The notes under the pieces are model-generated. The model searched no databases. It had not been told where the DNA came from and worked only from the letters and a program-made list of their open reading frames with translations. The translations under genes were made by a program, and so were the position numbers. From the NCBI RefSeq assembly GCF_009914755.1, contig NC_060947.1: a stretch of 64,000 nucleotides of DNA, one strand, 5' to 3'. Of the stretch, positions 1-16,535 are shown piece by piece. Origin of the DNA: the human T2T-CHM13v2.0 reference genome, Homo sapiens. The stretch's first letter is position 1. Each line of letters opens with the position of its first letter.

Positions 1-3388
<3,388 letters not shown>

Positions 3389-3430
3389 ACAATGAGAACA
3401 CATGGACACAGGAAGGGGAACATCACAGTC

Positions 3431-3475
3431 TGGGGACTGTTGTGTGGTGGGGGAGGGGGGAGGGATAGCATTGGG
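3431..3475 (+). other. G-rich L1 3'UTR tract (known G-quadruplex-forming motif)
   Basis: tggggactgttgtgtggtgggggaggggggagggatagcattggg has at least four G-runs; a known feature of L1PA 3'UTRs. Confidence 0.6.
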
Positions 3476-3640
3476 AGATATACCTAATGCTAGTTGACAA
3501 GTTAGTGGGTGCAGCAGACCAGCATGGCACATGTATACATATGTAACTAACCTGCACATTGTGCACATGTACCCTAAAACTTAAAATATAATAATAATAA
3601 ATAAATAATTAAAAATAAATTAAAAAAATAAAAAAATAAA

Positions 3641-5585
3641 AATTAGTTGCATTTCTGTATGCCAACAGCTAAAAATCTGAAAAAGAAATCAAGAAAATAA
3701 TCTCATTTACTACAGATACCAAAAAATAACATAGCTAGGAGTAAACTTATAATAACCATAGAAATGACAGATTTTTAAAATGAAAACTATAAAACAAATT
3801 AAATATGACACAAAAATTAGAAAAAATTAAATTCATGGATTAAAAGAATCAATACTGTTCACATGTCCATGCTACCCAGGCAATCTATAGATTCAATGCA
3901 ATCCCAATCAAAATACCATTGATGTTCTTTACATCAATAGAAAAAAATTTAAATTCATATGAAATACAATAGGACCCAGAATAGCCAAGTGATCCTGAAT
4001 ATAGAAAGAAGAAATTTGGAGAAATCACATTACCTGACTTCAAATTATACTTCAGAGTTATATTAACCCAAATGTCAGGGTATTGGCATAAAACAGTTAT
4101 GTACACCACTGGAACTGCATAAAGAACCCATAAGTAAATTCATACATCTATAATAAACTCATTTAAACAAAGCTGTCAAGAAACTACCTTGGGGGAAAAA
4201 ACATTCTTCAATGAATGTTGCCAGGAAAATTGGGATATCTGTATGCAGAAGAATAAAACTAGACCACTATCTCTCACCATATTCAAACAGCAAATCAAAA
4301 TGGGTTAAAGACGTAAATATAAGACCTCAAACTTTGAAACTTCTGAAAGAAAACTGGACAAACTCTCTCAGACATTCGTCTGGGGAAAAAAAAAAAATTA
4401 TTGAGCAATACCCCACAACCATAGGCAACCAAAACATAAATGGACAAATGGCATACTATCAAGTTAAAATCCGCATACCAAAGGATACAATCAACAAGGT
4501 GAAAGGCAACATACAAAATGGAATTAAAATATTTGCAAACTACATCTCTTCAAATGATTAATAACCAGTATGTATAAGAAGCTCAAACAACTCATTATAA
4601 AAAATAATAATAAAATTTAAAAATTGGGCCAAAAATTTGAATAGACATTTATCTAAAGAGGACATACAAATGGCAAACAAGTATCGAAAAATTTGCTCAA
4701 AATGACTGATCATCAGAGAAATGAACAGCAAAACTACAATGAGATATTTTCTTAAGCCAATTAAAATGGCTTTTATCCAAAAGTCAGGTGACAATGAATG
4801 CTGGCAAAGATGTTGAGAAAAGAAAACCCTTGTACACTGTTTGTGGAAATGTAAATTAGTACCACCGCTATGGAGAACAGTAAGGAGGTTTTTTTAAATA
4901 ACTGAAAATAGAACTTCATATGATCCAGCAATTCCACTTCTGGGTACATACCTAAAAGGAACTAAATCAGTATATCAAAGAGTTTTTTGCACCCCTATGT
5001 TTGTTGCAGCACTATTTACAATAGCTAAGATTTAGGAGTCAAGTAAATGTTCATCAACAGATGAATGTATAAAGAAAATGTTGTACATGTTAACGATGTG
5101 TTATTATTCAGCCATAAGAAAAATGAGATCCTGTCTTTTGCAACAACATGGACAGATCTGAAGGACGCTAACTTAAGTAAAACAGCAAGGCTTAGAAAGA
5201 AAAGCTTTGCGTTTTCTTACTCATTTGTGCGATGTAAAAATTAAAACAAGATAATAGAATGATATCAGAGGATGGAAACATTTGTGTGTGTGTGGGTGTG
5301 TGTGTGTGTGGTGGAAGAAGTGGGGAAGTTTACTGAAAAAATATAGTATGAATAAGATCAATATTTGATAGCACAAAAGGGTAAGTAAGGTAAAAAATAA
5401 TTTTTTGCAAATTTTATAACTAAATATAAATGGAATGTTCATAATGCAAAAAAAAAACAGACAAATGCTTGAGTTGATGAATACTTCATTTACTCTGATG
5501 TGATTATTATGCATTGTATTATGGCATGTACCTCATAATTATATACATCTACTATGTACCCATAAATATTTGGAAAAAAAAAGTT
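3641..5585 (+). mobile_element. Older LINE-1 (L1MA3/4-like) ORF2 3' part and 3'UTR; host of the L1PA3
   Basis: Degenerate ORF2 resumes directly after the L1PA3 tail. It ends with the L1MA-type terminus 'atatacatctactatgtacccataaa' plus an A-run. Confidence 0.85.
5283..5310. repeat. (TG)n microsatellite
   Basis: tgtgtgtgtgtgggtgtgtgtgtgtgtg. Confidence 0.9.
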
Positions 5586-6021
5586 AAAAAATCCAGGGAG
5601 AAGAGAAAAATAATAATATAAAAATTAAAGAAAGTATAAGGGACTAGTGGAATGTCATGAAATAGACCAATATACACATTATGGAAATCTCAGGGAGCAA
5701 AGAGAGAAAGTGTCAGAAAGAATATTTGAATAGCTTATGAATCTCAAAAAATCAAAGGAAGAAAATTAACATCCAAATTCAAGAAGTCCTGTGGGCTCGA
5801 GCTAGAAGTATTCAAAACAAATCCACATTAAGACATATTATAATGAAATTGTGAAATGTCAAAGACTAAGAAATAAATTTAAAAGCAGCAAAAGATAAAT
5901 GACTCATCATATACAAAGAAGCCTTCATAATACTATCAGTAGATTTCTCAGCAGAAACCTTATGGACAAAAGAGTGAAATGATATATTCAAAGTGTTGAA
6001 AAAAATCTGAAAACCTAGTAT

Positions 6022-7218
6022 TCATAGAGACAGGAGTCAGACGAATTCCTAGGCACAAAAGGGATGGGCCCCCAGTGAAACACAACCTTCGAGCCAATGA
6101 CAGCCTGAAGCCTGAAAAACAAGCTGCCAGTTCTGAGTAGAATCTATGACCCAGGGTAAAAACTTTCTTGATTTCTTTTAGCCAAAGGGTGCTTTTTCAG
6201 GCCTGCCCATGGACTAATTAGCACATACTTCCTCCCACCCATGGACCAGTCAGCATGCACTTTCTCCATTCTGAGCCTATAAAAACCCTGGACTCAGCCA
6301 CACATCAGGACTACCCACCTGCAGGTAGGAGCTACCCACTTTGGGTCTCCTCTATGCTGAGAGCCACTCTGTGGCTCAGTAAAACTCTTCTCTGTCTTGC
6401 TCACACTTCAGTTTTCTGCATAACCTCATTCTTCCTGGGTGTGGGAAAATAACTCTCAACCCACCAAACAGTGGGCATGAAAAGGGTTCTAACACATTCC
6501 TGGCTGGCTCACTGAGCTGCAGTCAGTGGCACACTCCCATTCACCAGACTGTGGGAGTGAAGAGTGAAGACCCTTCTGAGGGCCCAGACCTTGGAATTCC
6601 CCAAGCCAGAACTGTAACACGATAGTCTTCCCGCCAGCATCATGTGGCTACCCTACATGATGCTAAGTGGTGGCAGGGTTAGGCCAGCCCATGACCCACA
6701 AGCCAGAGGTTATGGGACTGAACGAGATAAAACATGCCCCTCCCCATTTGCTGAGCTGTAAGCAGCGGGAGAGAGCTGTAGCACACCACACCCCTGCCAT
6801 GCCTTAGAGCTTCACAGTTGCTGGCGACTGAGTTTTCAGGTGGCACTATATTCCCCTTATCCAGATGCCGACGACTGCAGTGGAAGCTGCTAGCAGTATG
6901 CATGATCCAGCCACAGCGTTAAACAGAGCTGGTGCCTGAACCAGCACGTGGAGCTGCCCACCCCACTGCAACAGCTGGCATGACTGGCTGTGAGCAGTGG
7001 CCAGACCCCACACTCACTTGCTCACACAAACCTCACTGCTCCGCACTCGGCTTGCCTTCAGCAGGCATGGAATCTGGAATAGTAGTGCAAGCCGAGAGCT
7101 GCCTGCTGGGCTGAGTTGGTGGTACAAGCCCAGTGGGCACGAGTGAAACTCAAGCTGAGGCATCACCAGCCACAGAGGTTTCCGGCTTGTGAAGTGACAT
7201 CCAAAGAATCCTGTGACA
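6022..7218 (+). mobile_element. ERV1 solo LTR, LTR28/LTR27/MER52 group
   Basis: GC-rich island inside L1 ORF1. Starts 't(c)atagagacagg', has 'tataaaaaccctggactcagcc' (TATA-like) and 'agtaaa' (polyA-like), and ends 'gaggtttccggc..aatcctgtgaca'. Confidence 0.75.
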
Positions 7219-9959
7219 TTTCATTATATCTGACAAAGTTCTACTTCAAACTGATGGCAAAATACAGACTTTCTCAAATAAATAAGAACTGAGGGAGAAC
7301 ATCACCACTAAACTTGACTTAGACTAAATGCTAAAGAAGTCCTTGAATTTGAAACAAAACAGTGCTAGACAAAAACACAAAATCATGTAAAAATAAAATT
7401 TGCATGTAAAGGTAAATATATAAATGAATACAGAATACTGAAATTTTGTTAGTCATATGTAAATGTCTTTTAATTCTGGTATAGATATTAAAAGACAAAG
7501 GTATAAAAACAACTATAACTTTAAAACATGTTAATTCATATACAATATAATAACGTAATTTGTAACATCGACAACATAAAGTGTTGAGCGGTGAAGTAAA
7601 AGAATAGACATTTTGTATGCAATTGTATTTAAACTATTATTAGCTTAAAATTGTTATAACTACAGGGTATTTAAGTTCTATAGTAACAACAAAAAAATTC
7701 TATAGATAGTACATAAAAGAAAATGAGATATGAATAAAAAAAGACACTAAAAATTTAACAAAACACAATGATAGCAAGATAGGCAAAAAGGAACAAAAGA
7801 GCTACCAGATAGAAAACAATTAACAAAATGACAGTAGTAAATATTTTGCTATTAATAATTACTTTAAATATAAGTACATTAAATTTCCCAATCAAAAGAT
7901 GTACACTGGCTGAACACTTTAATAAAAAATTTCTACTATATTCTGTCAACTAGAGACTCATTTTAGATTTTAAAACCTACATTAGCTGAAAGTGAAGGGA
8001 TATAGAGAATATCTTATGCAAATAATATCCAAAAGAAAGCAGGGGTCACCTTACTTATATCAGATAAAATACTCTTTAAGTCAAAAATTGTCACAAGATT
8101 AGAAGAATATTATACAATAACAAATTGTATATATACATACAATATATATAATATGTACAATAAATGCATCTATATATAGATATAGGCATCCAACATCAGT
8201 ACACACTAATATGAAGCAAATATTTACAGGACTCATGGAGAAATAGACAGCAACACAAAATCTTATAAAATTTCAATATCTTACTTTCAATAGTAGATAG
8301 ACCATACAGACAGAGGATCAACAAAGTAACAAATGACATGAAAACATTATAGACCATTTGGACCTAACAGGCATATATAACAGATCATTCCACCTAATAG
8401 CAGCAGAATACATGTTCTTCTCAAGTGCACAAAAAACATTCTCCAGAATCTGTTATGTTGCAAACTAAGTTTTAACTTAAGAATTTTAAGAATTTAAAAG
8501 TGTTGAAATCATGGCAAGTATATTTTAGGACCATGACACAATGCAATATATAGCAGATGAAAACTGGAAAATTCACAAATATGTGGAAAGTAAAATAACA
8601 TTCTTGAGCAATCATTGGGACAAAGAAGAAATCAAATAGCAAATTAAAAATATACTGAGACAAATAAATAACATAAAACTATGGGATACAGCAAAATAAG
8701 TATCAAAATGGAAATTCATTGCTCTAAAACATTAAAAGAAAAAAAAGAAATATAAAAAAAGACTTTGTATCTTAAGAAAATAAAAAGAAAAACAAATTAA
8801 GCCCAGCATTAGCATAAGGAAGAAAACAGCAAAGATTGTGGCAGAGATAAATAAATCGGAGAATAAACAAATAAAAAAATAAGTAAATTAAATGTTTTTT
8901 TAGAATATCAACAAAAGCAACAAATCTTTAGCTATATTAAAAGATAAAGCAGCTTTAACTACAAAATCAGAAATGAAAAAGGACACATTAAAACTAATGC
9001 CACAGATATAAAAGGAATGATAGGCTACTATGAACAATTATATATCAACAAATTGGATCACTTTGAGGAAGTAAGTTCCTAGAAATACATAACCTACTAA
9101 AACAGAATTATAAATGAATAGAAAATCTGAACATATGAAAAACAAATAAGGTGCTTGAATCAGTAATCAAACATCTTTCAACAAAGAAAGGCCCGGGACC
9201 ATGTGGCTTTACTAGATAATTCTACAAAATATTTTTTAAAAAATAAATAACAATTTTTCTAAAACTCTAAAAATTTAAAGGAAGAGACGGTCAAACACAT
9301 TGTATTAGGCCAGCATTACTCTAATTCCATAGCTACAGATCTGTATGCATCAAAAATGTTTGCCTGTCATTTCTTTTTCTGTAGTGTCTCAGAAAAAGAA
9401 AATGACAGGCAAACATCTCTGATAAATATAGATGTGAAAATTCTCAACAAAATACTAGCACTCTGCATTTAACAGCACTTTAAAAGAAACATGCATCATT
9501 CAATATTTATTCCTGGGATGTAGGGTTGGTTCAAATTATAAACTTCAATCAATGTAATAAAATAAAATTAATAATTATGAAAAATAATAAACTAAAGGAC
9601 AAAATTACATAATCATTTCAAGAGATGAAAAACAAGCATTTGGCTTAATTCAACACCATTCAATGATAGAAATTGTCAACAGACTACATATAGAAGGAAT
9701 CCACCTGATCCTGATCAAGGCCATATATGTAAAGGCAACAGCTAGCATTACACTCACCAGTAAGAAACATATTTTTTTCCTCTAAGATTCTAAACAAGAG
9801 AAGGACACTCACTCTCACCAATTCTAATCAAAACAGTTAAGGAAATAATAGCTGAAGTTATTAGGCAACAAAAGGAAATAAAATTTATCCAAACAGAAAA
9901 TAAATAAAATTACCTCATTTCGTAGATGACATGCTCTTATATGTAAAAATCACTAAAGA

Positions 9960-9960
<1 letters not shown>

Positions 9961-10000
<40 letters not shown>
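9961..10000. repeat. (CA)20 microsatellite
   Basis: Perfect CA run. Confidence 0.97.
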
Positions 10001-10003
<3 letters not shown>

Positions 10004-10292
10004 TTTATAACTAGAAAGCAAATTCAGCAAGGCTTCAGGATACAAAATGAACATACAAAATTAGTTTTATTTCTATACAGTAACAGAAAATAATAAAACA
10101 GAAAATTAAGAAAACAATTTAATTTACAATGGTACTAATAAGAATAAAATACTTAGAAATAAACTTAACCAAGGAGGTGAAAACTTATACAGTGAAAACT
10201 CCAAAACATGGCTGAAAAAGTTGAAATTAGACAAAATAAATAAATCTCATGCTTATGTACTGACATATTTAATATCATTAAAATATTCATAC

Positions 10293-12878
10293 CAGAAATA
10301 AAGCCTACTTGGTTGGTGGACTTGCTTTTTGATGTGCTTCTGAATTTGGTTTGCCAACATTTCATTAGGAATTTTGCATCTATGTTAGCAAAAAGATTGG
10401 CCTGAGTTTTTTTGGTGGTTGTTGTGTCTTGGCCAGGTTTTGGTATAAGGATGATGCCGACCTAACAGAATGAGTTAAGGACGACTGTCTTCTCAATTTT
10501 TTTTGAAACAGTCTCAGATAGTTTTAGTAGAAATGGCACAAGTTACTATTCCTATGTCTTGTAGAATGCAGCTGTGAATCAATCTGGTATAGGGCTTTTC
10601 CTAACTGGTGGGCTTTCTATTACTGATTCAATTTTAAAACTCATTATTTGTCTGTTTGGGGTTTCAATTTCTACCTAACTCAACCTTGGAAGGTTATATG
10701 TTTCCAAGAATTTCTCCAGTTGTTCAAGATTTCTAGTTTGTGTATGTAGGAGTGTTTATGATAGTCTCTGAGGGCTTTCCGTATTTCTCTGAGGTCAGTG
10801 GTAATGTCCCCTTTCTTATTTATAATCTAGTATATTTGGATTTTCTCTCTTTTTTTTTTTTATTAGCCTGGCTCACGTTCTTTCAAACCAACTTCTGGAA
10901 TCATTAATCTTTTGTATGTCGCCTTCACATCTCAATTTCCTTTTGTTCAGGTTGGATTTTTGTTATTTCTTGTCTTAATGCTAGCTTTGCGATTGGTTTA
11001 CTTTTGTTTTTGTAGTTTTTTTGGGTGTGATGTTAGGTTGTTAAATTCAGATCTTTCTAACGTTTTGATGTGGGCATTCAGTGTTATAAACTTTCCTCTT
11101 AACAGTGCTTTAGCTGTGTGCCAGATTCTGGTATGTTGTATCTTCGTTTCCACTAATTTCAGAGCATTCCTTGATTCCTGCCTTAATTTTACTGTTTACC
11201 CAAAAATCATTCAGGAGCAGATTCAATTTCCATATAATTATATGATTTTGTGTGATCTTCTTAGTATTGATTTATATTTGTATTCTGCTAGGTTCTAAGA
11301 GTATGGTTGGTTTGATTTCTTTTTTGTTGTCTGGTTTTTTTGTTTGTTTGTTTGTTTGTTTTTGTATTTGCTGAGATTTTTTTATACAACCAATTGTGTG
11401 ATTGATTTTGGAGTATGTGCCATGTGTAGATAAGAAAAATGCATATTCTGTTCTTTTGGATGGAGAGTTCTCTAGATGTCTATTAGGTCCATTTGGTCAA
11501 GAGTCAAGATTAGGTCACAAAAATTTTGTTAGTTTTCTGCCTCAATGATTTGTCTAATACAGTCAATAAAATGTTGAAGTCTCCCACTATTATTGTGTGG
11601 ATATCTAAGTCTTTTCCATATTCTCTAAGAATTTGTTTTATGAATCTCAGTGTTTCTGTGTTTGGTGCATATATATTTGTGATCGTTAAGTCTTCTTGTT
11701 AAACTCAATCCTTACCTGTATGTGATGATATTGTTGACTATTTTTTTGTCGTTGTTGATTTAAAGTCCGTTTTGTCTGAATTTAGCATAACAACTCCTAA
11801 GTTTTTGTGTTTTTCATTTGCTTGGTAGATTTTTCTCCATTCCTTCACTTTGTGCCTATGAATGTCATTGCATGTGAGATGGGCCTCTTGAAGACAGAAT
11901 ATATTTGGCTCTTGCTTCTTTATCCTATATGCAACTCTGTGCCTTTTACGTGAGGTATTTAGCCCATTTATGTTCAAGATTAATATTGGTATTTGTGGAT
12001 TTTCTCTTGTCATTGTTTTGTTAGCTGATTATTATGCAGACTATATTGTGTAGTCACTTTATAGTGCCAATGGTCTCTAGCCATTGCTGGGGAGGTTTCA
12101 CAATTGTTTGGAGGTAAGAGGACACTGTGACTTTTTCAGTTGCCAGAGTCCTTTCACTGGTTCTTTCTCATCTGTGTGAGTTGATGTTCTTGTAATCTTT
12201 GAAGTTGCTGTGCTTTTGATGGGGTCTTTTGCTTTTATCTTTTTTCATGCTCTTAATGGTTTGATTGTGGTATAAAGTGGGTTTAGTCGATTGGCTTTAT
12301 TTCTGGAAAATTTCAGGGAGCCAGTACTCAGCTTATCACTCATTGACTGCATGCTCTAACCCTGGTGGGCTGTTATTCTACCCCCAACTTTGCTCTCTGG
12401 CCCCTTGAGGTTAGGAGTCTGCTGTAATGCGGGGCTGAGCTAATCCAAGCCCACTGTCAACAGCACTCTGATGGAGGGAATACCAGCTAAAGCACTTTTT
12501 TGGAGTGAATTGGCAGCAGGATCTGTGATGTGTATGTGTTGGCCAGGGCGGTATTTAGGCACACACTAGTTGTGTTGATGATGTGGCAGGGTGCTCATGT
12601 GCCCATAGTGGCGAGGTGGTGGCATGCATGCATGTGCTCATGCTGGGAGTGGTGAGGGTGACAGAGTGCATGCACATACATACCACTGGGGGAGGCAAGG
12701 TGAGTTCCACTTATGCACTCACACCACCAATTTGCTTGGGGGTGGCTGTGGTGAGTATATGCCGGCAAAGCAGTGGAGGAGGCTGTGGTCGGGGGAGGCT
12801 GCATTTGAGTGGTTGTAACATGGTGGTGGCCAGTCTGTTGGAGGTCTTTCATGGATAGGTACTGTCAGCCAAGATGCT
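10293..12878 (-). mobile_element. L1PA15/16- or L1PB-like fragment: ORF2 5' half fused to ORF1 start/5'UTR
   Basis: Minus-strand ORF 11738-12013 is the ORF2 N-terminus (ILILNINGLN..CLQEAHL). There is a jump near 12080 into sequence resembling 36100-37250. Confidence 0.82.
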
Positions 12879-15140
12879 ATGAAATTTATAGCACTAAATG
12901 CCCACATTAGAAAGCTGGAAAGATATCAAATTGACACCCTAACTTTACACCTAAAACAACTAGTGAAGCAAGAGCAAACAAATCTCAAAGCTAGCAAAAG
13001 ACAAGAAATAACCAAAATCAGAGTGGAACTGAAGGAGATAGAGACAGGAGAAACCTTCAAAAATTAATGAAACCAGAAGCAGTTTTTTTTTTGAAAAAAA
13101 TAATAAAACAGACTATTAGTTATTAGTCTATATTCTAAAAATAATAAAATAGACTATTAGCTATTAGTCTATTAAATAGTCTATTAGCTATTACTGAAAA
13201 AGTAAAATGGAGCTACACTAATAAAGAACAGAGAAGAATCAAATAGATACAATAAAATGATAAAGGAGATATCACCACTAAACCTACATAAACACAAACA
13301 ACCATCAGAGAATACTGTAAACAGCTATATACAAATAAACTAGAAAATGTAGAAGAAAAGGATTAATTCCTGGACACATATACCCTCCCAAGACTGAACC
13401 AGGAAGAAGTGGAATCTCTGATTTGATTAATAATGAGTTCTAAAATTGAAGCAGCAATAAATAGTCTACCAACCAAAAAAAACCCAAGACAAGACAGATT
13501 TACAGCTGAATTTTACCTGAAGTACAAAGAGGAGATGGTATCATTTATTGTGAAACTATTCCAAACAATTGAAAAGGAGGGAGTCCTCCCTAACTCATTT
13601 TATGAGGCCAGCATTATCCTGATACCAAAACCTGGCAGAGATACAACATAAAAAGAAAGCTTCAGGCCAGTATCTCTGATGAACATCGATGCAAGAATCC
13701 TCAATAAAATACTGGCATACTGAATCCATCAGCACGTCGAAAAGCTTATAACTAAAGATGAAAACCACATGATTATCTCAATAGAGGCAGAAAAAAGCCT
13801 TTGATAAAATTTAGCATCCCTTTATGTTAAAAAATCTCATTAAACTGGGTATTGAAGGCACATACCTCAAAATAATAAGAGCCATTTATGACAGACCCAC
13901 AGCCAATATCATACTGAATGGACAAATGCAGGAAGCCTTCCCCTTGAAAACTGGCACAAGACAAGAATTCTCTTTCTCACCACTCGTATTCAACATAGTA
14001 TTGGAAGTTCTGGCCAGAGCAATCAGGCAAGAGAAAGAAATAAAGGGTAATCACGTAAAAAAGAGGAAATCAAATTTTCTTCATTTGCAGATGACATAAT
14101 CCTATATCTAGAAAACCCCCTCAACTCAGCCCAAAAGTTTCTTAAGCTGATAAGCAAATTCAGCAAAGTCCCAGGATAAGAAATCAATGTGCAAAAACCA
14201 CAAGCATTTCTATACATCAACAACAGGCAAGCAGAGAGTCAAATCATAAATGAACTCTCATTCACAATTGCCACAAAGAGAATAAAATACCTAGGAATAC
14301 AGCTAACAAGAAAAGTAAAGGACCTTTTCAAGGAGACCTGCAAACCACTGTTCAAGGAAATCAGAGAGGACACAAACAAATGTAAAAACATTCCATGCTC
14401 ATGGATAGAAAAAAAAATAATTTTGTAAAAAAGGTTATACTGGCCAAAGTAATTTATAGATTAATTGTTATTTTCATTAAACTAACATTAGCATTCTTCA
14501 CAGAATTAGAAAAAAATTATTTTAAAATTCATGTAGAACCAAAATAGCCCATATAGCAAAGACAATCCTAAGCAAGAAGAACAAAGCTGGAGGCTTCATA
14601 CTACACAACTTCAAGCTATAATACAAGGCTACAGTAACCAAAACAGCATGGTACTGGTACAAAACAGACACATAGAACAACGCAACAAAGTAGAGAACTC
14701 AGAAATAAAACTGCACATATACAACCATCTGATCTTTGACAAACCAGACAAAAACAAGCATTGGGAAAATCATCCCCTATTTAATAAATTGTGCTGGAAA
14801 AACTAGCTAGCCATATGCAGAGAATTGAAACTGGACTTTTTAAATTTTTTTTACACCTCATGCAAAAACTAACTGAAAATGGATTAAAATCTTAGATGTA
14901 AAACCCAGAACTATAAAAACCCTGGAAAAAAATCTAGGCTATATCAATCAGATCATAGACACAGGCAAAGATTTTATGATAAAAAAGCCAAAAGCAACTG
15001 CAACAAAAGAAAAATTGACATATGGGATCTAATTAAGCTAAAAAGCTTCTGCACAGCAAAAGTAACTATTATCAGAGTAAGCAGACAACTTACAGAATGG
15101 GTGAAAATTTTTACAATCTATCCCATCTGACAAAAGTCTA
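12879..15140 (+). mobile_element. L1PA8-like internal ORF2 fragment with no 3'UTR or tail
   Basis: ORFs 12879-13067, 13433-13651, 13824-14099 and 14189-14428 are ORF2p-like. Internal deletion near 13750. Stops at 'ctgacaaaagtctaat'. Confidence 0.8.
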
Positions 15141-15149
15141 ATTACATTA

Positions 15150-15848
15150 CATGGGGAAAGGCCTCTCTATTCAATACATGGTGCTAGAATAACTGGCTAG
15201 CCATATTCAGAAGATTGAAACTGGACCTTTTACTTACACCATATACAAAAATCAATTCAACATGGACTAAAGCTTAAATGTAAAACCCAGAACTATAAAC
15301 AACCAGGTAAACAACTTAGGCAATACCATTATATACATAGAAATAGGCAAAGATTTTATGACCGAGATACCAAAAGCAATCACAACAAAATCAAGAATTA
15401 AAATAAGATAGACTTACTTAAACTAAAGAGCTTCTCCACAGGAAAAAAAAAATACTATCAACAGATTAATCAGACAACCTAAAAAACAGAAGAAAGTTAT
15501 TGCAAACTATGCATCTGATAAGGGTCTAATATGCAGGATCTGTAAGAAACGTAAACAAGTTAACAGGCAAGAAATGAACAATCACATTTAAAAGTGGACA
15601 AAGACTATGAACACACATTTGTCAAAAGAAGAGATACACACAACAAACAAGCATATGAAAAAATGCTCAGCATATCTAATCATTAGGGAAATGCAAATCA
15701 TAACCACAATGAGATACCATCTCACACCAGTCAGAATGGCTAGTATTAAAAAGTTAAAAAATAACATGTGCTAGCAAGGTTGCGGAGACAAAGAAAAATA
15801 TATACACTGTCATGGGAGTATAAATTAGTTCAACCATTGTGAAAAACA
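15150..15848 (+). mobile_element. L1PA15/16-like ORF2 3' fragment
   Basis: Restarts at 'atggggaaagg', re-covering ORF2 positions already present at about 14760-15140 but with different diagnostic bases. Confidence 0.7.
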
Positions 15849-16535
15849 GAACCTTCATATACTGCTCTTGGGAATGTAAAATGATGCAGCTGCTATAGAA
15901 AACATTCAATAGTTCTTCAAATGATAGCACTTATAACTGCCACACAATTAATCAATTGCACTCCTAAGTATACACCCAAGAGAAATTAAAACATATGTTC
16001 ATGGAAAAATTTGTACATGAATACTTATAGCAATAATTGTCCATTAAAGGATATACCACATTTTGCTTCTCCATTTATCAGTGAATAAACATATGAATTG
16101 TTAATTTTCATCCACCGATTAATGGATAAGTAAAATGTGATATATCCTTTAATGAAATATTATTCAGCCATTACAAGTTAAGTAATTATAACTGCTACAT
16201 ATATAAACCTAGGTAATGTTATGCTAAGTGAAAAAGCCAGACACAAGTAACCACACATTATATCATCTCAATTATATAAAATGTCAGGAATAGGGTAATA
16301 TATAAAGACAGAAAGTAGATTAATATTTGCCTATAGATGTGGGGGGAGGGGAGGAAGGAAAATAGAGTAGTAGTAGCCAAAGAATATAGTTTCTTTCTCA
16401 GGTGATTAATATGTTCTAAATTAGTGCTAATGCTTGTAAATATCTCTAACTATATTAAACACAATTGAACTGTACAACTTAATTGGGTCAATAATATAAT
16501 ATGTAAATTATATCTCAATAAAGCTCCTCTAAAAA
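15849..16535 (+). mobile_element. L1MB-like 3' end, likely the end of the 5590-10292 element
   Basis: 'agacagaaagtagattaat' and the terminus 'tatctcaataaagct'. Confidence 0.75.

Larger units (their letters stand above)
5590..10292 (+). mobile_element. Ancient L1M (probably L1MB-type): ORF1 3' part, long spacer and degenerate ORF2; interrupted by an LTR
   Basis: ORF1-like 'agatttctcagcagaaacctta' near 5941. ORF2 start-like 'atgacagtagtaaat' near 7828. EN and RT remnants, e.g. 'tttcgtagatgacatg' near 9918. Confidence 0.8.

Noticed and set aside
14760-15560. Recent tandem duplication of ORF2 sequence
   Set aside because: The two copies differ at many subfamily-type positions, so they are better explained as two different elements.
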